A stretch of 57,849 nucleotides of DNA, the filler included, from Catajapyx aquilonaris (taxonomy: Eukaryota): the NCBI GenBank assembly GCA_000934665.2. It is 4 parts of 4 records of this genome, joined end to end, with 100 filler letters (N's around TTAATTAATTAA, not from the genome) between each part and the next. Parts side by side here need not be neighbours in the genome. Positions count along the whole stretch, not along the records: positions 28,976 to 43,365 come from JYFJ02007791.1; positions 43,466 to 57,849 come from JYFJ02007792.1; 2 more parts are not named here. The stretch is one strand, 5' to 3'. Shown one piece after another: positions 35,601 to 47,263 of this stretch. Each line of letters opens with the position of its first letter. The first letter of the stretch is position 1. The notes beneath the pieces were generated by a model that worked only from the letters and a program-made list of their open reading frames with translations, was not told the DNA's origin and did no database searches. Made by a program: the position numbers and the translations under genes.

Positions 35601-36025
35601 ATGCTATAAATTATGAATATGATTATTTTTATAATACACTAAATATGCTTTACTTTTTACTTCTAAAGTACGTTTAACTTCGAATAGTCATCGCATGGCC
35701 GCAAGTTAGTGATTGGACACGAACAACTACAAAAAATAAGAAGTCTCCATAACACCTAGTCGCCATTTTGATAAATGGCTGCCAATTTAATTACAGGTAG
35801 AATCTGAGATGGCCGCCCTTCCAAAAACGTCCATTAGGATGTTGTCTGCAAGAGTATCAAATTTCATGCTTCTATCATTAAAGGCGCGATTCTTCCAAAT
35901 ATTTCACTTATCTGCTGTACTACAGGTGCCACGCGCCACCTACTCTCGCACTCGCGCAATCGCTCAGAAAAACTGCTCTCCTGTGTACAATTTTCAACCG
36001 ATGTACTTCTAATAAATGCTAAAAT
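32649..36025. mobile_element. Academ(X)-like DNA transposon derivative with ~770-bp inverted arms
   Basis: Starts TAGGCGAGCGGTCAC. Arms ~33105-33880 and ~35215-36025 are reverse complements. Internal remnants PMFHAITGCEIVSFYGGRGRMTAWETW (XPG-like H3TH motif, ~34522) and CRELISCGWK. Absent from paralogous introns. Confidence 0.7.
34769..35026. mobile_element. MITE with TA duplication nested in the Academ-like element
   Basis: CGGCCGGCGATCAAAACCTCGTAACTC mirrors GAGTTACGAGGTTTTGACCGCCGGCCG, with TA on both flanks. Confidence 0.75.
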
Positions 36026-36334
36026 AGGATAGAGTGAACCTGGAACCCAAAAATTGAAAAAAAGGATTGTGGCATGGCACTGTCTGTCTGTCTTCTCTGG
36101 GGGAAATGGGCGGTCGGGGGGATGGGGTGGTGGGGGGAGGGGGCAGCCAGGGGGCTCGAAAAAAGTCTTATACCACGGATCTGTCTGTCAGTGTGTGTGA
36201 TACCTGTCCAGAGACAGACAGACAGACAGAGCCGTTCTATACGAATATTTTCTTCAAAAAAGTCTAAAATGGAACCAATCCATGTAAACCATTTCTGCGG
36301 ACCTGAAAATATAATTATTAACACCCATATTTAC

Positions 36335-36562
36335 CTGTCTGGTCTCTTAATTCACAGATAAAGTTCAATTCAGTGTTGCACTTCTCGTGGTTCAATTTCC
36401 CGTTTTCCTCTAGTAGTTCTGTGCAGTTATCGTCAGCAGAGTTGGTGCCATGTGGTTTCCATGAGAGATAATCCTCATACACTATAGTACCATCACTCCA
36501 TTTATATTTGATTGGCTTTTCCCGAACAATGAGTCCAATCCACATGTGTAGATACAAATGCT
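36335..36562 (-). CDS. Multi-CTLD gene, exon B3
   Basis: 228 nt, phase 1-1, WIGL/WSDG/FICE motifs. Confidence 0.9.
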
Positions 36563-36925
36563 CTGAAAATTGAAATATGAAATTCAACGGAATGTATAGA
36601 ACACCAGAAGCACATGTTCAAAAATCAAAGTGCTGTAATGTAGAATCTTCTCTAATAGACAGTTTTCTGACACATCAATGAGAGTTACATCAGAATAAAT
36701 ATTGGACAAAATTACATTCCATACAATTTAATGCAATCAACCTTTGTGACTTTGTTAGTTCAAGTTTTAATATATTCGCTAATTATTGAGTTATTGTCTC
36801 AACGTTAGGGTCTATGCCCATGCAAATGGATTCAACTGTATCAACTGAAAAGCGTTCCAGGTTAATTACAGTAATTTTTTAATAGATTGAAGTAGTACTT
36901 AATTCTTTGTCTAAGAATGACTAAC

Positions 36926-37081
36926 CTGCTAGTTCAGACTGCTCATCTTCGTCACTGAAGCTGACCAAATCTGCACTTTTATTTAGCACGCAATAATTCC
37001 TAGCTTCTGTCCAGTTGGCCGGGAACGTCGAGAAGTAGTAGCAACTGGATCCATTCTTCATCCAGTCAGTCTGACATTCTC
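36926..37081 (-). CDS. Multi-CTLD gene, exon A3
   Basis: 156 nt, variant donor GTTAGT. Encodes ECQTDWMKNGSSCYYF... Confidence 0.85.
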
Positions 37082-37511
37082 CTAAACAAGATTGGCAAAT
37101 CACGTGAGAGTGATTAGAGTACACTTTTTCATGTTTACTGCTTTTGGTCCCGACGTCAGTCACAGGACTGGGAGGGGAGGAAAGGGTCATCTGGGGGTGG
37201 GGGTTGTGGGGGAAGGAAGCAGCCACGGGGAAGGGGAGGATAGAGTGAACCCGGAACCCGAAAATTGAAAAAAAGGATTGTAGCGTGGCACTGTCTGTCT
37301 GTCTTCTCTGGGGGAAAAGGGCGGTTGGGGGGGATGGGGTGGTGGGGAGAGGGGGCAACCAGGGGGCTCGAAAAAAGTCTTACAGCACGGATCTGTCGGT
37401 CTGATACCTGTCCACAGACAGACAGACAGAGTCGTTCTATAAGAATTTTGTCTTTGAAAATGTCTGAAATGGAACCAATCCATGTCAACCATTTCTACTG
37501 ACTAGAAAATA

Positions 37512-38261
37512 CAGCGTGGGGCAAAAGTCATGAGCGGATTAAAAACGACGCAGCATGGCGTAAATAACAAACAATTCTGTTTAAAAAAATTACACTACAC
37601 AGAGAAAGATATGCCATTTATTGATCAAGGTCCAAATAAGTCCCCTCTTGAAAACAACACCAGATAAATGTCCACCTTTGCGGGCAACACATTACTCCTC
37701 CAAGAGTTGGACGAAGCCCTTCATAACGCGCTCCAGCATGTCCAGGGGAATGTTTTTCATGGCATGTCTTATCTGATCCTTAAGATCAGCCAATGACTGA
37801 GAACGTGTGGCGAACACCAAACTCTTCAGGTACCCCATAAGAAGAAGTCGGGGGTGGTCGAATCCGGTGACCGCAGCTGCCATGGAATGTCCCCAAATCA
37901 CGAAATGACCCGCCCAGGAAACATTTGACTTTTAATTTGTTTGGTGTTCGCCACATGCCCTCAGTCATTGACTGATCAGATATGATCAGATCGAGGATCA
38001 GATAAGACACACCATGAGAAACATTCCCCTGGATATGCTGGAGCGCGTTATGAAGGGTTTTTACGACGCTTTGGGGAATAATGTGTTGCCCGCAAAGGTG
38101 GACATCTGTCTGGTGTTGTTTTCAAAAAGGGACTGTTTTGGACCTCGACCCATAAATGGCATATCTTTCTCTCTTTAGTGTAATTTTTTAAAAATATAAT
38201 TGTTCGTTATTTACGCCATGCTGTGCCTTTTTAATTCGCCCATGACTTTTGCTCCACCCTG
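37512..38261. mobile_element. Tc1/mariner-derived foldback MITE in a CTLD intron (copy 2)
   Basis: Same element and insertion site as 30573-31320, with TA TSD intact. Minus strand encodes GYLKSLVFATRSQSLADLKDQIRHAMKNIPLDMLERVMKGFVQLLEE (Tc1/mariner C-terminus). Confidence 0.85.
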
Positions 38262-38286
38262 TATAATTATTAACACCCATATTTAC

Positions 38287-38514
38287 CTGTCTGGTCTCTT
38301 AATTCACAGATAAAGGTCAATTCAGTGTTGCACTTCTCGTGGTTCAATTTCCCGTTTTCCTCTAGTAGTTCTGTGCACTTATTGTCAGCAGAGTTGGCGC
38401 CACCTGGTTTCCACGCGAAATAATCCTCATACACTTTAGTACCATCACTCCATTCATATAAGATTGGCTTTTCCCGAACAATGAGTCCAATCCACATGTG
38501 TAGATACAAATGCT
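38287..38514 (-). CDS. Multi-CTLD gene, exon B2
   Basis: 228 nt, phase 1-1, WIGL/WSDG/FICE motifs. Confidence 0.9.
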
Positions 38515-38864
38515 CTGAAAATTGATATATGCAATTCAACGGAATGTATAGAACACCAGAAGCACATGTTCAAAAATCAAAGTGCTGTAATGTAGAATCT
38601 TCTCTAATAGACAGTTTTCTGAAACATCAATGAGAGTTACATCAGAATAAATATTGGACAAAATTACATTCCATACAAGATAATGCAATCAACCTTTGTG
38701 ACTTTGTTAGTTCCAGTTTTAATATATTCGCTAATTATTGACTTATTGTCTCTACGTTAGGGTCTATGTCCATGCAAATGGAATCAACTGTATCACCTGA
38801 AAAACGGTCCAGGTTAATTACAGTATTGAAGTAGTACTTAATTCTTTGTCTAAGAATGACTTAC

Positions 38865-39020
38865 TTGCTAGTTCAGACTGCTCATCTTCGTCACTGAAGC
38901 TGACCAAATCTGCACTTTTATTTAGCACGCAATAATTCCTAGCATCTGTCCAGTTGGCCGGGAACGTCGAGAAGTAGTAGCAACTGGATCCATTCTTCAT
39001 CCAGTCAGTCAGACATTCTC
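38865..39020 (-). CDS. Multi-CTLD gene, exon A2
   Basis: 156 nt, AG/GTAAGT sites. Encodes ECLTDWMKNGSSCYYF... Confidence 0.9.
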
Positions 39021-39460
39021 CTAAACAAGATTGGCAAATCATGTGAGAGTGATTAGAGTACAATTTTTCATGTTTACTGCTTTTGGTTCCAACGTCAGGG
39101 GGGAAAGGGTCATCTGGTGGAGAGGGTGGTGGGGGAAGGAAGTAGCCATGGGGAAGGGGAGGATAGAGTGAACCTGGAACTCAAAAATCGAAAAAAAGGA
39201 TTGCAGCATGGCACTGTCTGTCTGTCTTCTCTGGGGGAAATGGGCGGTCGGGGGGATGGGGTCGCGGGGGAAGGGGGCAGCCAGGGGGCTCGAAAAAAGT
39301 CTTATATCACGCATATGTCAGTCTGTGCGTCTGATACCTGTCCACAGACAGACAGAGCCGTTCTATAAGAATATTTTCCTCGAGAAAGTCTAAAATGGAG
39401 CCAATCCATGCAAACCATTTCCACGGACCTGAAAATATAATTATTAACACCCATATTTAC

Positions 39461-39688
39461 CTGTCTGGTTTCTTAATCCACAGATAAAGTTCAATGAAGT
39501 GTTGCACTTCTTGTGGTTCAATTTCCCGTTTTCCTCTAGTAGTTCTGTGCACTTATCTTCAGTAGAGATGGGTTTAGGGTTTTCCCAATCGAGATATCTC
39601 TCAATGACTATACTACCATCACTCCATGTATAGTTCATTGGCTTCTCCAGAAAAAAAAGCCCAATCCACATATCTCTATAAAAATGCT
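39461..39688 (-). CDS. Multi-CTLD gene, exon B1 (more divergent)
   Basis: 228 nt. Encodes HFYRDMWIGLFFLEKPMNYTWSDG...DKCTELLEENGKLNHKKCNTSLNFICG. Confidence 0.9.
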
Positions 39689-39843
39689 CTGAAAATTTAA
39701 ATATGGAACTCAAAGGAATGTATTGAATACCAGAAACACATGTTAAAAAATTAAAGAGCTGTAATATGGAATCCTCTCAAGTAGATTCCATACACGATAA
39801 TGTGATAAACCTTAGTGACTTTGTTGATTCAAGTTTTAATATA

Positions 39844-40361
39844 CCGTATTTACTCGCATATAAGACGCACCTTTTTTCCGATTTTTGTAGCTCAAAAAGT
39901 AGGGTGCGTCTTATGCGGCAGGGCACAACGGGTGAAACCCGTGAGAAATCGTGAAAATCGTTTATTGAAAAATTTAAGCTTGTCGGTTTGATGTTCTGTC
40001 AGCACAGTTGATCACTTTCCTCTTGAAATCGGCACGGTACGACAGGCATTTCTCTTTCACTTCCATTGTTATGCTCTCCCAGTCCACACACATGCACAAT
40101 TCCGGTGTGACCTTGCCACCTATAAGTTTCAGATGCGTAGGATTGTCCCATTTTCCACTTGCCCCCCCCCCCCTTTTTTACTGGNGGATGCTAATGGATT
40201 CCACACGCACATGCATTGCACACGAGGTTGCTGCCGGCAGCTCAAGGCCAGTTCCCAAACTACGGCAATAAATCTGGGTGCCTCTTATATGAGTCAACAA
40301 CCAATTTTCCACGATTTTTCGCCTCAAAACCGGGGTGCGTCTTATATGCGAGTAAATACGG
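39844..40361. mobile_element. Tc1/mariner/pogo-type MITE with TA TSD
   Basis: CCGTATTTACTCGCATATAAGACGCACC mirrors GGTGCGTCTTATATGCGAGTAAATACGG, with TA on both sides. The empty site AAGTTTTAATATATT... is seen in paralogous introns. Confidence 0.9.
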
Positions 40362-40383
40362 TATTTGCAAATTATTGACTTAC

Positions 40384-40548
40384 TTGTCACTACGTTAGCT
40401 TCTATATCACTGTGGACACTGGCCAAGTCAGCTCCATAATTTAATCCTCGGCAAGTCCTTCGAGCATCGTACCAGGTTCGGTTTTCTTTATAAATGCGAT
40501 AGCAGTGATCTCCGTAGTATTCCCAATCGTCGGGACATGGCTTGCTCT
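40384..40548 (-). CDS. Multi-CTLD gene, exon A1 (not reported as such in the ORF track)
   Basis: TTGTATTAACAG| acceptor, |GTAAGT donor, 165 nt, phase 1-1. Encodes SKPCPDDWEYYGDHCYRIYKENRTWYDARRTCRGLNYGADLASVHSDIEANVVT. Confidence 0.9.
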
Positions 40549-41099
40549 CTGTTAATACAACGGGAAAGACACACTTACAAGAAGAGTTCCATTATCACAA
40601 CTGTGGAAAAATTTGCAGCTAATAAATAAGGTAGGAAACAATATCTGTGCAAACTATTGCGCTGAAAAGTATGCACAACAGTAATATATTTCTGCGCTGA
40701 TGAGCAAACATCTTGTTACTGTGCTGGACCAAACGCTTCGAGTTTTTATACAATTTGAATGAATGAAGAAATGGTGCATATTTTGTTTATGACGGGCCAA
40801 ATTAATATTTGCAAAAAATATCAAAAAATTGATGGTTTAAAAAGAGATTTTTTTTTCGCCACATGTTGGCGCATTGTGTTGTAATAGTCATACAGAACCC
40901 AGCAGCTGCTGGTTTGAATATATCTGCCGTCATAATATTCACTAGCATGAGAAGTTTAATTGAAGAGCTCGAAAGTCAAATGCGTTGACAGCCAGTGTTG
41001 CAGTGGTTAGCAGTACGAATCATGAAAGATATAAAATTCATTTTAATAACAAATAAACTAAATGAAACAAAATAAAATATCAAAACTAGTACACTTTTT

Positions 41100-43365
41100 A
41101 AGAGGTTTCAGGTGACCATGCCTAGTGAGGCCTAACACCCATCAAACCTGTGATTTATTCCCACTATTCACATTCACTGTTCACATTACTCAACACCAGC
41201 CAGCTTCCAGCCCAGTTGTCCTCTCCAGTACGCCGAAAGGGATTTCTCACTGGTTGGCGGGGTTGATGCCCATCCCACTCCATTGTCCCACAAGGCATAG
41301 CTATCTTCATGCTGCTATCTCCAAGTCCTTCCACAGAGTTCCCCCTTCGCCCTCAGGCATTGAGGTGGGCCAGGTATCTGTCAGCCACCACACAGAAGGC
41401 GCCCAATGCCTCCCATATCATCATCATCAGCACCACCTTGGAGGAGGGCCATCCTAGCCCCTTGGAGACAGGATCCACCATAATTCCCTGGCTCCCGTAG
41501 AAGTTCAGGAATGGTGCAAGTCCATAGGACATGTTCTGCGTCCTGTCTGCCTTTCCCACAGGGGCAGGCCATCACCTCTGACAACTCTCCAGTCCTCCGT
41601 CTAAAACGCCACAGGTATGCCAGGAAAGAGCCGCGTCCAGACACTATCCTTGCAATGTGCCTGTGGACGTGCCAGTCAGGCGTCACCTCAGGGAAGAACT
41701 CGTGGAACCAACTGCTCCTTTCTCCGTACCACCGACCCTGCCGGATTTGTATGGCCCGCTCCATTACCCCGTCGTCCAGGTTCCGCCTGAGGTGCCGGCA
41801 TGAAGCCTCTCCCCACCACCAGAGTAGCCGCTTGTCTCACCTCCTGGTCGGCCAGCTCATTGCCAGGGGTCCCCAAGTGCTCCTTCACCCAGCACAGCCG
41901 CACCTCCACCGCAATGCCCCTGATGGTCTGTCGAGCGAGCTCGGCTGCCATGAGGAAGACTGGGGGTTGGCTTCTGCCTGTAGGGCCGACACTGAATCTG
42001 AGACGACCCAAGCCACCCTCCCCACAGGCAATCGTAAAGCCTAGCTCTTCCAGAGCCCTGCCGATCATTTCCTGCTTCGCTTGGGAAATCCCCGTCCGTC
42101 CTGCTGAAAGGCTCTCTTCTGGCAAAGAGCACCCTTCCATTTCCAGTCATACACACCCAAGCTCTTCCAATATTGATCCCTCTGGTGAATGACAGGGATG
42201 TAAATCTCCGTTGGAGGGCCCGACAAGACGAGGATGTCTTGACGAATCGAGAGCCATGCGGGGATGAGATGACCCAATGAGTTGTTCTGCTCCATCAAAC
42301 CAGAATCCGATAATTTTGTCGAGCCTCCCATTTGGGGTGAGCCTGTAACTCCGGTGGCACGCATCCCGCAAGAACGAAATGAATGTGAGTGGTGTGGTTC
42401 AGTATGAGTGGGTGGTGGAGGTCAGGAAGGGACACAGTGCCTCCCGAAAGTGTCTGTGTTCCAGTAGTCTCTGGCTCGACGTACCCACCCTTCCGACCCT
42501 TGGCGTATCATGGGAGGATGGCCCCCATCAACACCTGACGTCTACTACTGGGGGTCATACCCCAAGTTCTGGCCAGCCACCCTCCAGATTCCAGCAGCCA
42601 GCTTTTTGACTTTGTCTCGGATCCATCTGACATGTAGTTGCCATGCTAAACCCGGGTCCATCGGAAGGCCAAGGACCCTCACCGACTCTACGCCAAGGGA
42701 AGAAAAGACCCACGGTCTTCCTTATGTTATGTGCGAGCCCCATTTCTGCAGCCCACGTCTTCAAATGAGGCTCCAGGTCACACCACACCATCTCTATTTT
42801 CTTAATCGATGAGGCCATTATAAGTACCACATGGTCATCCGCTTAGGCCTGCAGCAAGAGACTGATGCCGCTTGTCATGGCCCGAAAGGCTATCTCGAAC
42901 CAGGTGTCCATCGCCAAGTCCCAGCTTGTTGGTCCCAGGCTGGACCCTTGTGGGCATCCCCAGGTCATTATGAAGTTGTGACTCGGCAGGTACAGCTTCG
43001 CAATCCACCTCCGTCCATCCACCCGAGGCTTCCGCTCCTCTGGATCCCCGAATGTATCGACCCAACCTTCGCCTCACAATTTTGTACGGGAGGGAGTAGG
43101 GATCCTCCGACGAACTGTGTTCACAGAAGAGTCTCCAACTCTTTCTCTTCTGTTCCCAGACCGTCGTCTGTTGTCGTAGGACCGTCGTGCCAGCTTCAAT
43201 TCCACTGCCTTCCGGGCTAATCGTCTGGGGCTCCCGTCGCGCACTGCTTGCCAACTCCTACTCGCTGCCTTAGGCCCGTATACATAATGACTGCTCAGAT
43301 CGCGGGGTTGAGTAACTCCGGGTCGAGAGCGAGTCGGGGTTAACTCCGGGATCGAGTTGGATCCG
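41100..43365 (-). mobile_element. Decayed non-LTR retrotransposon (R1/LOA-like ORF2: RT, RNase H, CCHC)
   Basis: GCPQGSSLGPTSW and QA*ADDHVVLI (YADD mutated to a stop, ~42845). RNase H motif WVKEHLGTPGNELAD. C-terminal SGRGSFLAYLWRF...CPCG..QDAEHVLWTC. Multiple frameshifts. Confidence 0.85.
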
Positions 43366-43465
43366 NNNNNNNNNNNNNNNNNNNNNNNNNNNNNNNNNNN
43401 NNNNNNNNNTTAATTAATTAANNNNNNNNNNNNNNNNNNNNNNNNNNNNNNNNNNNNNNNNNNNN
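43366..43465. other. Artificial contig-joining spacer
   Basis: N44-TTAATTAATTAA-N44. Confidence 0.95.
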
Positions 43466-43967
43466 CGTGTCCCTTCGTAATTATATGTTTACGATGTACA
43501 CGCGTTCATTTATGGTCGCGGTTTCATTGAGCAGTTATTGCGAGTTGACAAGGACACAAATGAGAGAAGCGAAATATCAACGTCAACGCGGAGACTTCGG
43601 ATCATGACGCGGACGCGCTACCGACTGAGCCACGAAGACTGTTTATAATATCTTCTGCCGAATGAGCCCCATTGTCACCGAGCAGGTTTGCCGGGCACCT
43701 ATAGTCGCCCATATCTCGAAAACGCTTGGCTAATGCGACTTTTTACTTTCACCAATGAATTTCTGGCCTGCGATTTACCCCTAGTGTCCTTTTCGGGCCG
43801 ATTGGCCGATGGCCCTACAGACACTTCCCTTGTTAGCCAAAATTTGGAAACACTGCCCGGCTCGCCCTCTCACTTGCATGTAGTTTATTGTAGTACCTAG
43901 TACGATAGGCCACTAGTTGGCGCATGGGCTCCCTCTCTGCTAAAATATTCTGTGGTATTTTTATCTG

Positions 43968-45330
43968 GTGGAAGTGATGCGGAAATTCAGGGACATAAGA
44001 TGTTTTTTCAAAGGCCCAAATTCTTCGAAAGAGAGCTCTAAGGATGTTCCTGCGACCTCTAAGAATGTTCCTGCGACTTCGGCTCAGGCAAGCACCAGCG
44101 CAGATGCAACTGTCCAGCAAGCACCCTCAACGTCCACGTTCGAATCAGGGGCGGAAATTGGGACACCAGATACTGAGAAAGGAACACTTAGATCTGGGCA
44201 CGCTCAGTCAGCAGCTGACCAATTCAGCCTCGGATCAGTTTTCCTAGGAGTCAATTTGGTGACAGGCAGAGATCATTTTCTCCAAATCATTATGGTATGC
44301 ATGATTGGCTTGAATATAGCGTAAAAGAAGACAAAGCCTTTTGCTTTGTGTGCCGACAGTTTTTAATTGGGCATACACGGGATCAGAATGAAAAGTTGTG
44401 AAGCAAAGGGAAGAGGAGGTAGTACAGAACAGAGACTATCTGGTGAAGCTGATAGACGTGATACTGTGTCTTGTACGTCAGGGGCTTCCATTGAGAGGAC
44501 ACCGAGAGAATCCAAACTCGAAAAACCGGGGGAATTTTTTTGGAAGTCAGTGAAGTTTTTGCCAAATATGACAAACTTTTCAAGCTACTTCCACCAGCAT
44601 GTGAGCTACTGCAGCCCTCAAATCCCAAATGAAATCATACTAATTATTGCACAGCTCACACTAGATGAAATTGTTCAAGAGGTGAGACAATCTGGGTTTT
44701 TTTCCATGATGCTAGACGAAGCTCGATGTTACAAGGAGGAGCAGTTGTCCGTGACGATAAGATATACCAAGGAATTGGAGGTGGAGGAGCGATTTCTTGG
44801 TTTTATCAATTGTTCATCGTCAAGGGATGCTTCGGGCCTGGAAGCTTTAATTGTGCAATTTTTGGAAAGAAATGGCTTGGGTGACATTCCCATAATTGCA
44901 CAATCCTGCGATGGCGCCAGCGTCATGTCAGGAAAACATGCAGGGCTACAAGCCAGAATCAAACAACGACACCCCCAGGCAATTTACATTCACTGCCTTA
45001 GCGCATAAGCTGAACCTTGTGGTTGTCGATTCGTGTGCGAAAGTTTCGACAGCTGCCGCCTTTTTTAACACCATCGAAGCTTTGCACATTCACTTTTCTC
45101 AGCCCAGGAACCATGCCGATCTCAAACAAGTTCATAAGGCCTTGGACATCAGCGAGAGCTGTGCAGTGCGGAAGCATGAGCAGCACACGATGGAGCTGTC
45201 GTTATAGAAATTGCGAAGCCGTGATGAACAATTACGAAGTCATCAAAGAAGCATTGGAAGAAGAGATCGCCCAAGCTCGAGACAAAAACTCAGTAGAGGC
45301 ACTCGGCCTAATGACCTGCATTGCATACAT
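43968..45330 (+). mobile_element. Decayed hAT transposase (ZMYM1/DUF4371-type)
   Basis: TTF-type finger WLEYSVKEDKAFCFVC; FSMMLDEARCYKEEQLSVTIRY; AQSCDGASVMSG; YIHC(L)AHKLNLV; STRWSCRY. Frameshifted. Confidence 0.85.
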
Positions 45331-45409
45331 AAAACTTGATGACGATGATTCCATTGTCAATTCTGTTTTCGAGAGCTTGGAAATGGTGATCTGCCGACTG
45401 AGTTGGTGA

Positions 45410-45862
45410 ATGGCGACCTTCCATCACAGGATTTGTCTGCCAAGTATACTCTTCGTCAGGACCGATAACCTTACCAGCACTCAGATGGCAATTGTTCCGT
45501 TCAAAAATCTTGGAAGGAGAAATGCTGCCTCCGACTCGCGCTGCACTCCTACCCCATATATAATAAGATCGAATTACTTTGCCATGCGTGACAAGTCGTA
45601 TGTGACAAACTGCCCCAAGCTTCCTGCAATTGAAGAAAATGGTTGGCAGTTTGACAAAGGTGTCTACATGCCTGTGCGATGCCTCACAATGCCTGCCTCT
45701 CGAGCTGTGATTGAACTTACAAAATGTGTGTGTAAGGCAGGCTGTTCCGGCAGATGTAGTTGCTGCAAAAATGGCCTTCATTGTACGCCGCTCTGCAAGT
45801 GCTACGCCGCGGACTGTACAAATATGATCAGCGATGTCCATGAGGAAGATGATGACGACTAG
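45410..45862 (+). mobile_element. Academ-like transposase C-terminal fragment (Cys-rich finger)
   Basis: LPAIEENGW...ELTKCVCKAGCSGRCSCCKNGLHCTPLCKC followed by an acidic tail. Confidence 0.65.
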
Positions 45863-46214
45863 AAGTGAAGCATACCATTGTATCATGCGCAATAAATAAC
45901 TGAAATGTATCACATTAATTTTGAATCTAGGAATAAGAATGTGTAGTGAACAAAACGACTGCACCAAACGTTTTCCCATGTTTGAAAACCCCGAAAAAGT
46001 CATACTGCATGACTAGCTAGGTTCATGAAGTTGAATTTTGACTTTACGCAACACTAGAAATTGATAATTTTTTTCCGTACAGCGGTNCGGGACCACTATG
46101 CCCCCCCCCCCTCAGGGGGGGGGGTGTAGGGGTCCGAAAATTTGCACCCCGCCATTTTTGGACAGCCTGGTCCCAAATCAACCCAAAACCATCATAAAAT
46201 CAATTTCAGCACGA

Positions 46215-47048
46215 AAATCCTACGGGATGACATACCATACCATTATTGAGTTGCAACGCGATGTGATAATTCAGGACTGGCCTAAGAACCGTCTCACTCT
46301 GCTCAACTGATTTTCTCCTGGGGTTTTGATGGAAGTTCTGGACATGCGCAGTACAAACAAAGAATGTCAGGAGAAGGAGGTGGTTCTCAAGACTCAATGA
46401 CGGCAACACATCGCGGCGAGCTTTCCGGGATCATACTGCATTCTCAGACATCTTAGGACTCAATCCGGAATTTGTGAAAAACCTGTACTTCATTTTAGTT
46501 GCCATCAGCTCTGAATTTCCCCTTAATGCGCCCTCTTTTGAACAACTCTGCTCCGACACTGCCAAGCAGTTCGTGAACCTCTATCCGTGAGAGAGATTGT
46601 GTACACATCCTCTCTTCCGTGGTTTACCATGCCAGCATCCGTCCACAAACTACTTATTCATGGGTCACAGATTCTCGGTCACAGCACCCTTCCTCTTGGG
46701 ATGCTTGGGGAAGAAGCACCTGAAGCAAGAAATAAACTGTACAAAAGAGATCGACAGTATCATGCCAGGAAGTCAAGCAGGCATAATACTATGGAGGACG
46801 TTTTCTTTCGAGCCTTAGATTCATCCGATCCAGTAATTTCAAGTCTGGGGTTGCATGCCAGGTTGAAAAAAAGAAGCAGGCTGCAAATTCCACCCGAATT
46901 ATTGGCAGTGTTGGAGGCTTCCCAGGGCGACCAGTACCTATGTTCTCCTGTACAACTTGAGGATGAAGTTGAGGATGCTTTATTGAAGGACTCATATGAG
47001 CACCTGGACGAAGTTCACTTACCTGCCGAAGTAGATTTCTGTTCATAG
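46215..47048 (+). mobile_element. Transib (RAG1-core-like) transposase C-terminal fragment
   Basis: NDGNTSRRAF (~46396); WFTMPASVHKLLIHGSQI...LPLGMLGEEAPEARNK...HARKSSR...DVFFRALDSSDPVIS. Confidence 0.85.
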
Positions 47049-47263
47049 GCAATTGTGGAGGTGAGTCTGTGACTTTTCATGGCATTTTCCTTCAGTGCAT
47101 GTAGTATACCGGTATTATAAGTATTCTCAACAATGCGTTATTATGTGCAAAACTTAGCGATTCAATGTGGGACAAGTAACCTCGCGCCCTGGCCTACTGT
47201 GCACTGGAGAGAGGTCGACAATAAAGTCCGTCCAGATAAGTTCCCGTTTTCTTTCTGGGTGTT

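Noticed and set aside
43570..43640. tRNA-like sequence on the minus strand (GTGGCTCAGTCGGTAGCGCG)
   Set aside because: Only an A-box/D-arm half is recognisable and there is no B box. Probably a SINE remnant, too weak to call.
45308..46003. 231-aa minus-strand ORF
   Set aside because: It is the antisense shadow of the + strand Academ-like fragment and has no motif of its own.
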